A stretch of 64,000 nucleotides of DNA, taken from IMG/VR virus record IMGVR_UViG_2909633642_000001, positions 1,559 through 65,558 of that record. One strand, given 5' to 3'. The DNA comes from a virus. Lineage: Duplodnaviria; Caudoviricetes. The notes under the pieces are model-generated. The model did no database searches. It had not been told where the DNA came from and was given only the letters and a program-made list of their open reading frames with translations. Below, piece after piece: positions 49,429 to 57,738 of this stretch. The translations under genes and the position numbers were made by a program. Positions within the stretch are counted from its first letter, which is position 1; every line of letters begins with the position of its first letter.

Positions 49429-50571
49429 TTACCCATCCGTATCGAACCGTCCAGCATCCAACGGCTTGGCCCCTGACCCCAACCGTCGCTCGCATCGAAA
49501 GTTAGTCTTCCATCCCGAACGCCCCTCAACTGAATGGCGGCATTCCTGGATCAGGTAGTTGCCCGACAACCTGCCAACACCCAACAACTCAAACATCACA
49601 CCCGCCTGAATCCGAGGATCGCCAATCACGTCAATTTGCCACTCGACTTCATTGGCATTGGCCCGCCGTAGTTTTTCCTTCGCGACCCGCTTGGCCTCAT
49701 CATCAGACCCGACCGGCTCCGAAATTTTGAGTACGTTGGCGGTCTTCTTCTCCCCTTCAGGCGGTTTGGACTTGTCGGGCTTGGCCGTATCCCCCTCAGA
49801 CGGCTCCGATTTCTCCCCGCTCACCTCAGACGCTTTCACCGTCGCCCTGAATGTCTTGCCCGATTGCGGGTCGGTGTAGGTCAACTCTGCTGAATCGTAT
49901 TTCTCAGTGCTGGTGCGTTTCCAAGTGGCGTTGGTCAACTCGGATCGGTTAAGGGTGAATGCGGCCGGCTGGGAATCCAGATCCTCCAAATCCCAGAAGA
50001 CAATGAATTTCGCGTCCTGAACCTTCATGATCAGCCCATGCTTCTCTGAAATCCGTTTCAGAAATTCCAGGGGCGTTTCATCCTTCTGCGATACCCGATC
50101 AATCACCACGGGCTTGACCTTGCCTTTCAGCTCCAATCCCGTGCGCTTGGCCACGTCAGCGGCAATTTTGTCGAGCGTGGTCTTTTCGTATTCCTTCGAT
50201 CCTTTGGTATTGGCCGGTTGGGTGATCGGCGTGGATTTGCAGGACAGCCTTAAGGACTCCCCTGATGTGGCCGATATCGTGCCAGTCGGCTCATCCAACT
50301 CGTACCGCGTGACCGGCAGGGAGCCTCCGCCCTCGTAGCCAATGGAGCACTCCAGGGAAGCACCCAAGGGCGGGAACCAATCATTCAGGAATCGCCCCGC
50401 CACCAACCATGCGTCCGGGTCGTAGAGGTCAACGTCTAGCGTGTCTGACTCACCTTCTACCGATGCGCTGACTTCCAGGCGGGTGCATAGCGCTGCAATG
50501 TCTTCGGTGATGTCGCGGCCTTGCATCACCAGCTTGAACCAGACTTTGGGGGCTAGGGAGTCTACAGCCAT
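49429..50571 (-). CDS. Baseplate hub / late control D-like protein
   Basis: G.DIT..I......GESD.L...L.D, K....EK.TL..IA..VA...GL, Q..ET.LEFL.RI, G.YLI...RH. Confidence 0.92.
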   Translation of the reverse strand: MAVDSLAPKVWFKLVMQGRDITEDIAALCTRLEVSASVEGESDTLDVDLYDPDAWLVAGRFLNDWFPPLGASLECSIGYEGGGSLPVTRYELDEPTGTISATSGESLRLSCKSTPITQPANTKGSKEYEKTTLDKIAADVAKRTGLELKGKVKPVVIDRVSQKDETPLEFLKRISEKHGLIMKVQDAKFIVFWDLEDLDSQPAAFTLNRSELTNATWKRTSTEKYDSAELTYTDPQSGKTFRATVKASEVSGEKSEPSEGDTAKPDKSKPPEGEKKTANVLKISEPVGSDDEAKRVAKEKLRRANANEVEWQIDVIGDPRIQAGVMFELLGVGRLSGNYLIQECRHSVEGRSGWKTNFRCERRLGSGAKPLDAGRFDTDG

Positions 50572-50783
50572 GGCGGTTTGATCGAAGTCGTTACGGGTTC
50601 GGGTTCGGGTAACTCAGGGATGATCAGGGTCAGTCCCCTTGGAAGGATCGCCGGGGGCAATGGCAGCAGCGACGGGTTGGCCCGCGCCAACACATGAAGC
50701 CGATCGGATGACCCATAGGCCGCATGGGCGATTAGGTCAAGCCGATCACCGTCTCGGGTGGTGTAGGTGCGGTATCGGGTCAT
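50562..50783 (-). CDS. Tail protein X (LysM-like)
   Basis: Y.T..GDRLD.IA..AYG......L..ANP.......P.G..L.IP; ATG at 50783. Confidence 0.9.
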   Translation of the reverse strand: MTRYRTYTTRDGDRLDLIAHAAYGSSDRLHVLARANPSLLPLPPAILPRGLTLIIPELPEPEPVTTSIKPPWL

Positions 50784-50800
50784 GGGGGTGGGGGTGGGGT

Positions 50801-50844
50801 GATGCTCCCATCGTGCCATCGGGGGATGGATCGCGCGGGTTAAC
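50801..50844 (-). promoter_or_regulatory. Putative late promoter motif upstream of gpX
   Basis: GTTAACC-N20-GGCACGATGGGAGCATC on the minus strand. Confidence 0.6.
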
Positions 50845-50953
50845 CGTGCGTCCGGTTTCGCTTGTGAGCTGACGTATTATTTAAAAGCGAAGCCGCCTAG
50901 GAATCGGAAGTTCCCAAGCGGCAATGATTCAGCCCGTAGGAGGGGCGTGAACC

Positions 50954-51541
50954 ATGTTTACTATACCTTTCGGTTGTCGAGAAATCCGGGCAATTGACGC
51001 GCCCGATGGGACTTGGTTCGTTGCTAAAGATGTGTGTGCGGCTCTAGGGCTGGACAACACGTCTCAGTCCTTGTCTCGACTAGAGAAATGGATGAAGGGC
51101 AAAGAGCGCGTTGCTGGCATTGCGGGGGGCCCTCAAAAAACCAATGTCATCAACACCGCCGGACTCAAGAAGCTGATCACCACCAGCCGCAGCCCCAAAG
51201 CCCAAGACCTTGCCTATGCGCTTGGGATCGACGTGGCTTATGCCCCACCCAAGGAAGCTGAGTGCATTCGCATCATCGCGGCCGCGCTAGCCGATCAAAC
51301 GCCCATTCACCAATTCCCCATCCTCTCCTACCGGATTGATCTGTATTTCCCGCGCGGTCGGGTGGCTGTGGAGTGCGACGAAAACGGACACCGGGGCAAG
51401 CACCGCGCGGATGCGGTTCGTCAGCGGGAAATCACCGAAGCGCTGCACTGCTCATTCATCCGATTCAACCCCGATGCTCATGACTTCAACGTTGGGCGGG
51501 TAATTCACGACATTCGAGAGGCGCTGTTCTTCCCGTACTAA
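50954..51541 (+). CDS. BRO-N plus DUF559-like endonuclease domain protein
   Basis: WFVAKDVC.ALG N-terminus; YRIDLYF....VAVECDE.GH....D..RQ..I...L.C.FIRFNPD. Confidence 0.85.
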   Translation: MFTIPFGCREIRAIDAPDGTWFVAKDVCAALGLDNTSQSLSRLEKWMKGKERVAGIAGGPQKTNVINTAGLKKLITTSRSPKAQDLAYALGIDVAYAPPKEAECIRIIAAALADQTPIHQFPILSYRIDLYFPRGRVAVECDENGHRGKHRADAVRQREITEALHCSFIRFNPDAHDFNVGRVIHDIREALFFPY

Positions 51542-51563
51542 ACCCCACAATCGACAGGCACAG

Positions 51564-51590
51564 GCCAGCTCATCACGGGCTGGCTTTTTT
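51564..51590 (+). terminator. Intrinsic terminator
   Basis: GCCAGC/GCTGGC stem followed by T6. Confidence 0.7.
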
Positions 51591-51745
51591 GTGGCCAGAC
51601 CCTGCGAGATTTGCAGGTAATACCGAGGGGCGATGTCGGTAATACCGAGGTCATCACCCCCCTACTCTGCCACCCAAGACCGAATCATCAGGGTTAACCC
51701 GACCCCAAACCCTCATAAATCCGTTCGAGGCAGAGGGGTAAACAA

Positions 51746-52305
51746 GGGTGTATCCACCATCCCATAAGGATTCTAGGCTCTCATAGCCACCCATCGCCAC
51801 CCATTAACAACCATTGGATACGCTCTGAAACCCTTACCCCACATACCTTTCAGTGCCCCTATATATATCTGTAACCACTAAAAGAAGGAAATGCGTATAA
51901 AGGGATTTTTTTGGAATTTTGGGCAGGTGTCTCTGTATTCCTTATTGGGTGGGCATTTCAGCCTCTACCCTTCCTAAGAATCTGGAATAGGGCTTGAAAT
52001 TTTAGGCAGATAAGCAAAACCTTTCAGGATTATCAGTTTGTCTTATCTGCCTAAAATTTTGGCATCTGCCTATGACCCCATGGAAAGGTAGGGGCTGGAA
52101 TGTATGTAGGGCAAGAGTTTCAGCGACACCTGCCTAAAATTTTGGAAATTTTGCTGATGAGCCAAATCGACCCTCAAGTGGTTACAGACTCTTGAACGAA
52201 ACCCAAAAGTCTTGTGGGGTAAGGGCTTGAGACTGTACCTGTCGCCTGTTGCCCTGCATTGTCGATGGCTATAAAAAGCTGAAAGTACCGCCACTCCGTT
52301 GATAC
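51746..52305 (+). repeat. Repeat element copy C (direct repeat of B)
   Basis: 51746-52224 aligns with 29125-29610 with scattered substitutions; right TIR degenerate. Confidence 0.9.
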
Positions 52306-52402
52306 ACCCCTGTTGGGCGGCAAAAATTAGCGGCCATCGTCGTTAACCGTCACCCCATTGGGACTGGTGCGATGGTGAGGGGGTTGGCTCATCCGTCACC
52401 CC

Positions 52403-52837
52403 ATGCCGATCATCGCCACGCCATCCACGCCCTACCCTGCGATTACCGCCCAATACCAATCGGCTCGGTTGCAGCGGTTGGGCAATGCCACCAACCAAGG
52501 CGACACCCTTGGCCAAGTCCTGACGGATTTGGATGAGTTAGCCCAAAGCATCCGAATCATCCTGACCACGCCCAAAGGGAGTGACCCGTTGCGTCCCGAG
52601 TTCGCGACGGATATTTACCGACTGATTGACCGCCCGTTGGCAGAAGTGCGGTTGTTGCTGGTGAGGGAATGCGTGAACGCGCTCCGAAACTTTGAACCCA
52701 GGATTTCCCTTGATCGGGTGGAAATCCTGGGTTCGATTGACCGGGCCGATATCCCGGTTGATTCGGTCTATGCGGTTGTCCACTGGTCGCCAGTAAATTC
52801 ATCTATCAGTGCGGCCACGGCAGTGTCCCTGGCATAA
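52403..52837 (+). CDS. Baseplate wedge protein, GPW/gp25 family
   Basis: L.QSI.IIL.TP.GSDPLRPEF..........V.AL..FEPRI.L..V. Confidence 0.92.
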   Translation: MPIIATPSTPYPAITAQYQSARLQRLGNATNQGDTLGQVLTDLDELAQSIRIILTTPKGSDPLRPEFATDIYRLIDRPLAEVRLLLVRECVNALRNFEPRISLDRVEILGSIDRADIPVDSVYAVVHWSPVNSSISAATAVSLA

Positions 52838-53046
52838 AAAAACCGGCGCAAGGCCGGCGGGAAAAATCAGGGGAGATGCACTTTCGACAGCTCGTAAATC
52901 GCTCGGAACAGATCAGAGGGTGGGCGGGTAGCGAGCCACGCGATCAAGTCTCTCAATTTCGCCACTTGATCGGGGGGCCAGTCAATCGGTTCGTTCTCTC
53001 TCTCTTTCGTGAGCATGATGCCTTCGACTCTAGCCACAAATATCTA

Positions 53047-53394
53047 TTATGACTCGTTTTGAGTTCTGGTGACTTCATGAATAATTCTGAGCTGTTGATC
53101 AAAGGGGAGAGACCGGATCTGACTCACCAGCGTCTCGACGATGCGCCCATGGGCGTTTTTGATGTCATCGAGCGATAACCGTCCGGCCAAATAAGTGTCG
53201 ATCAAATCCACCGGCAGGTCTAATGCCACGGCCAGCAAGGCCGCATGGCGAGAGGTCGGAGCCGTTTCGCCTTTGCGAATTTGATAAAACGACGCGCGAT
53301 TGATTCTCATGGCCTCAGCAGCACCTACTTGATTGCCATAGACCTCAAGTAGGTAGTCCATCGCGTCCCAAAACCTTGAATCGTAATCCGTCAT
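53047..53394 (-). CDS. XRE-family repressor (cI-like)
   Basis: HTH ..AAE.M.INRA.FY.I.KGE..P......LA.AL; divergent from a cro-like gene and the replication genes. Confidence 0.75.
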   Translation of the reverse strand: MTDYDSRFWDAMDYLLEVYGNQVGAAEAMRINRASFYQIRKGETAPTSRHAALLAVALDLPVDLIDTYLAGRLSLDDIKNAHGRIVETLVSQIRSLPFDQQLRIIHEVTRTQNES

Positions 53395-53422
53395 TACGTT
53401 TCCCCTGATTTTTAAAGAAAAG

Positions 53423-53462
53423 CTTGCCGTTCCCTAACAAGTTTTGATAAGATAACGGCAAG
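53423..53462. promoter_or_regulatory. Operator-like inverted repeat in the switch region
   Basis: CTTGCCGTT-N22-AACGGCAAG. Confidence 0.55.
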
Positions 53463-53487
53463 ACCAGTATAGCGGTTTTATTGTCCT

Positions 53488-53694
53488 ATGCTTCCTGTTA
53501 CCTGTCTAGCAGCGCTGCAAAAGCGGTTGATTTCGGACTCTCGTACTTGGGGACGGCTCAAAAAAAGAGCCGCCGCCGAGGGTAAGACTCCCTCTCTTTG
53601 GATCGCGGATCGTGTGTGGCACTCTTCCGATTCCGGCACTCTCTCGGATCGGGTCGCCTCCGTTGATTTCGCTCACTTCATCGCATCCATCTAG
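53488..53694 (+). CDS. Small Cro-like/RHH regulator
   Basis: TW.RLK.RAAAEG.TPS.WI pattern; divergent from the repressor. Confidence 0.55.
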   Translation: MLPVTCLAALQKRLISDSRTWGRLKKRAAAEGKTPSLWIADRVWHSSDSGTLSDRVASVDFAHFIASI

Positions 53695-53708
53695 AGAGGG
53701 ACACAACC

Positions 53709-56700
53709 ATGGCGACTGCTACTTTCAAAGTTTTCACCCGTACAACCCCTTGCCCGATCTGCGGTGCAACATCCGAGTGCCGTGAGGCTACCGACCGCAA
53801 TGATGGCCGCCGTCAAGTTCACTGCCGTGGGAACGCTCAAGCCCCGTCCGGTTGGGGGCATGTTGGCGAGGATTCCCACGGGTTTCAAATTTTCCTTAAC
53901 CAGTGGGATTCAAAGCCATCCCAGCGCGACCCGGAAGAAATCGCTCGGATGCAGGCGGAACGGGAAGCCGCAACGCGGGCCCATCTCGATTCATTGGTTC
54001 CGTTAGCCGATCGGCACAAGGTCTACTTCAGCCCCAAGCTTCTATCCGCTCAAGCGCTGACCACTGCCCATCGTTCCGAACTGATTCGGCGCGGCTGGTC
54101 TGAGGCGATGGTGGATTATTTTGAGTCCCTTGGGTGGCTCCGGTCTTGGAAGGTGGGAACGCCTTATCAGAATCACCCCAAGAACCTGGCTGGTTTTGGC
54201 CGCAACCGTGCCACCGGCAACGATGGATTGGCGATCAGTGCTGTGGTCAAGGGCAAGATTGCAGGGTTTCAGGTCAAGCCCGACGAATCCGTTGAGGGCC
54301 GTAAGTATGTGTGGATTTCCCGCAACGAAAACGCCGGACTGAAAGAGTTTGGCGGCGAATTACCCCTATTTTTATGGCGGCATCCTGAGACCGAGGGGAA
54401 CGCGATCACCCATGTGGAAGTCTCCGAAGGGGCGCTCAAATCAGCGACCATTGCCCAGCGGGTTTGGGCTGAAGGCAAAATCGATTGGCTGGTAATCGGC
54501 GCGGGTGGCTCCAATTGGGCCTCTGCCGAAACTCAATGGGTCAATCTGTTGCAGCACTTGCCTGCTAATGCGACCATCACCCTCTCCCCTGATTCAGGCG
54601 CGATCAAAAATCCCCACGTTTCACGGCAGATGAGCAAGTTGGCTGACCTGCTGGCTTCCCACGGCCGGGCGTTGACGGTTCGGTGGTGGGGCCAATTTGC
54701 CAAGGTCAGTGGCGACGACCCTGACGAGGTCGGGATTGATGAATTTTTAAAGGCTCCCATCCTGACTTGGGAGCAATACACCGCCGTTTCGGATGAGGCT
54801 GATCCCGTCAAGGGCAAGTCGCTTTTATGGGATGCGCCTATCTCCCATCAGGGCCAATTGGGCCGGTGGGTTGTGGACAAAACCGAACTCGCTCGGATGA
54901 AGGCGGCCGGCGAGTGGGCAGAAGGGATGGAACCACCCAAGCGGTTTCGCCCCAATGCCAACTTTGACTTTCAGGTTGAGGCTGAAATCGAAGCCGACCC
55001 TGGCCAGTACGGTGCGGGGTTGCGGCTTCGATTTCAGCGTGAAGGCGAGGATGTGAGCCGGGTCGTGACCTTGCCCGCCGAATCCTCGAACGATGCCCGG
55101 TCGATTTACGCCACACTGACTCGCGGCGCGGGCCGCTGGTTCGCGTCTACCTTGACCACCCAAGAGTGGCAAGGTCTACTCGCTAACCGTCAGATTGAGT
55201 ATCGGGAGCGCGGCGGCCAGCTCTATCGAATGGTGAGCGGTATCGGTCGCCAGTCCGATGGGTCTTGGGTCTTTCCGGGTGGCATCGAATACACCGTTGA
55301 TGGCCAATTCCGTGAGCGCTCGAAATGGGTTTATACGAATGAGTTTCGGTTAAACGAGGCGGGTGAGACCACTTCCCTCAAAGAGCCGTCCATTGCCAAG
55401 CCGTCTGACACCGCCATCCCTGACTGGATCAATGGACTGGCTGGCTACTTTGGCCCTACAGGATTCGCCCAAGCCCTGTTCTTGGGTGGGTTCGTAGCCG
55501 CCGGGGTGCATTTCGACACGATTCAAGAGCAGGAAGGATTTTTTCCGATCCTGAACGCGATTGGGTCGGCTGGTGTTTCCAAGTCCGTGACTGCTGAGGC
55601 TGCGTTGGCCCTGGTAGGACAGCAGGATTGCGGCATGATTGCCAGGGCCTCGGTTCCCCAGATTTACACCGAAGGCGACCGCCGCCACGGGTTGGCCTTC
55701 TGCCTAGATGACCCGGATCGGAATGATCCGAATGTTGACGAACTGCTGAAAGGCTGGTTTAACGCACTGACCCGATCCGTCACGGGCAAGACCCAGAAGC
55801 CACACTCACCAATCATGGCCACGTCCAATCACGCCATCGGTGAATCGCACCCCGCCGCGTTGAGCCGGATCCTTCAGGTTCCCTTTCCGAAAGAGCCGGT
55901 CAATGGTGATGGATGGGATGCGATGCGCGAAGCCCTAATCGGTGCATCCGGCGGATTGGGGCAAATTATCGCTCTTGGCTACCCGAAAGCCGCAATCTCC
56001 GAATACGCGAACACTTTGCGGGGTAAGTTGCCCGACGCTCACTCTCGGGTTGCCCATAACCTGGCCCTGGTGGGCTGGTACGCCAAAGCTTTATGCCGCT
56101 TGGGTGGGGCTGATGAGTTAGTTATCGATGCCTACATCGACAACACCCTCATCCCCCTCTATAACGATGCTGACAAAGCAGGCGACCCGTTGCGACTGTT
56201 CATCTCCCAACTATCAGCCCTGAAGTCCAATGACCGGGTTGGCCGTTGGAATGCCACACCCCACACCACTAAGGATGGCCAAAAATGGTTGGCCGTGAAT
56301 ATGGCATCGGTCTGGCCCGAGATCGAGGATCGCTTCAACCCGGTTTACAGCCGGGAAACCATCACCCAGGCGATTGAGCAAGCCGGTGGCTCACGGCGCG
56401 GGACGGCTCGCTTCCATGAATCCCGCGACGCATCTCTCCACTACCGTCGCAAAACTCAGGACGGTGATGCCACGGTCAAGGTGGGCACGGTTCCGGGGCG
56501 TTGTGTCCTACTTCCCCTCGAACTGGCCAAGTCTCTCGCCTCAGACGTTGAGTTGAGCGCACCCAACCAAAGCACCGAAACCGAAGAGTCTGAACCCGTC
56601 ACGACTGAACCCGTTGCGGCTGAATCCGTTCAATCTGAACCCGTCACGCCTGAACCTCAATCCATTTTCCCCATCCCCCTCAACAGCCCCGTGGTGGCCG

Positions 56701-56834
56701 TGATCCAGGGAGCAAGGCTTTATCAGACCTTGATCGCGTGGTCTCCCGATCTATCGTTTGCCTGCGTTCAATCCTCTTCAGGTGTTCAGACCTGGGTAGC
56801 AAGGGGATGCGTAGTGCCTTTCGCTGATGAGTGA
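53709..56834 (+). CDS. Primase-helicase (Zn finger, TOPRIM/DUF3854-like, DUF927-like helicase)
   Basis: CPICG..C..HC; EG.LK; D.G.....V; GDDPDE; Walker-like GSAGVSKS and LDDP. Confidence 0.8.
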   Translation: MATATFKVFTRTTPCPICGATSECREATDRNDGRRQVHCRGNAQAPSGWGHVGEDSHGFQIFLNQWDSKPSQRDPEEIARMQAEREAATRAHLDSLVPLADRHKVYFSPKLLSAQALTTAHRSELIRRGWSEAMVDYFESLGWLRSWKVGTPYQNHPKNLAGFGRNRATGNDGLAISAVVKGKIAGFQVKPDESVEGRKYVWISRNENAGLKEFGGELPLFLWRHPETEGNAITHVEVSEGALKSATIAQRVWAEGKIDWLVIGAGGSNWASAETQWVNLLQHLPANATITLSPDSGAIKNPHVSRQMSKLADLLASHGRALTVRWWGQFAKVSGDDPDEVGIDEFLKAPILTWEQYTAVSDEADPVKGKSLLWDAPISHQGQLGRWVVDKTELARMKAAGEWAEGMEPPKRFRPNANFDFQVEAEIEADPGQYGAGLRLRFQREGEDVSRVVTLPAESSNDARSIYATLTRGAGRWFASTLTTQEWQGLLANRQIEYRERGGQLYRMVSGIGRQSDGSWVFPGGIEYTVDGQFRERSKWVYTNEFRLNEAGETTSLKEPSIAKPSDTAIPDWINGLAGYFGPTGFAQALFLGGFVAAGVHFDTIQEQEGFFPILNAIGSAGVSKSVTAEAALALVGQQDCGMIARASVPQIYTEGDRRHGLAFCLDDPDRNDPNVDELLKGWFNALTRSVTGKTQKPHSPIMATSNHAIGESHPAALSRILQVPFPKEPVNGDGWDAMREALIGASGGLGQIIALGYPKAAISEYANTLRGKLPDAHSRVAHNLALVGWYAKALCRLGGADELVIDAYIDNTLIPLYNDADKAGDPLRLFISQLSALKSNDRVGRWNATPHTTKDGQKWLAVNMASVWPEIEDRFNPVYSRETITQAIEQAGGSRRGTARFHESRDASLHYRRKTQDGDATVKVGTVPGRCVLLPLELAKSLASDVELSAPNQSTETEESEPVTTEPVAAESVQSEPVTPEPQSIFPIPLNSPVVAVIQGARLYQTLIAWSPDLSFACVQSSSGVQTWVARGCVVPFADE

Positions 56835-56910
56835 TTTTGTAGTCAGAGTATTGACGCTTCATACTCTGACTGTTAATCTGACAATACTTGAACTATAAAA
56901 CCTCATCACC

Positions 56911-57738
56911 ATGGCGACATTCTCAATCCTCAAGCCCATCTTTCGATATCCAGGCGGAAAATCCCGCGAGGCGGGGAATCTGGTCAAAATCCTGGGCATC
57001 CCCTCCGGCTATTTCGTTGACCTGTTTGGCGGTGGTGGCTCTCTATCCCTGGCTGCTTTTTCGGGTGGTGGAAGGGTTTGGATCAACGATCTCCACACGG
57101 GCCCGTTTTGGGTCTCTGCCGTATCCAATCACGTTCAACTGCTGTCCCTCTGTGAGTATTGGTTGCGCCAGCTCGATTCAGGGGTTCCGGTGGCGGCGAT
57201 CTTATCCGCGCTGGAACGCCCAGAGTCAGACCCGGTTATTGAAGGGGCCCGCCTTTGGGTTCGGAACCGTCTAACCGTTGGTGGTGTGATCGATGGGGCC
57301 GGCCCGTCTGACGGATCCCGGTTCAACCAAAACGCAATCAATCGGCTGCGTTCTGCTTTGGGTGCGATCCACGTTGACCGGGCCCGGTTTAACGCTAGCC
57401 AGCAGGACTATGCGGATGTGTTGCCTCACCTGACGGCACGGGACGCGCTATTCCTCGACCCGCCCTATGAAAATGCGGCCAAGTCCAGACTCTATGGATT
57501 CCGTGGTGAGCTGCATACGGCCTATCGCCATGAGCAGCTACGCACCCATCTTGATCGTGTGCCGTGCCGATGGCTGATGACGGTTGAAAACACCGATCAA
57601 ACCCGGACGCTGTTTGCCGATTTTTATCAACGCCCTTGGGTCAAAACCTACGGGATGGCAGGTGGCATCAGCGGCTCACGATCCAAGGGATCCGAATTGT
57701 TGGTAGCCAATTTCGACTTGACGGGGGTGGCACTGTGA
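56911..57738 (+). CDS. D12-class N6-adenine DNA methyltransferase (Dam-like)
   Basis: FRYPGGKS, DLFGGGGS, INDL, FLDPPY, ELLVANF. Confidence 0.92.
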   Translation: MATFSILKPIFRYPGGKSREAGNLVKILGIPSGYFVDLFGGGGSLSLAAFSGGGRVWINDLHTGPFWVSAVSNHVQLLSLCEYWLRQLDSGVPVAAILSALERPESDPVIEGARLWVRNRLTVGGVIDGAGPSDGSRFNQNAINRLRSALGAIHVDRARFNASQQDYADVLPHLTARDALFLDPPYENAAKSRLYGFRGELHTAYRHEQLRTHLDRVPCRWLMTVENTDQTRTLFADFYQRPWVKTYGMAGGISGSRSKGSELLVANFDLTGVAL

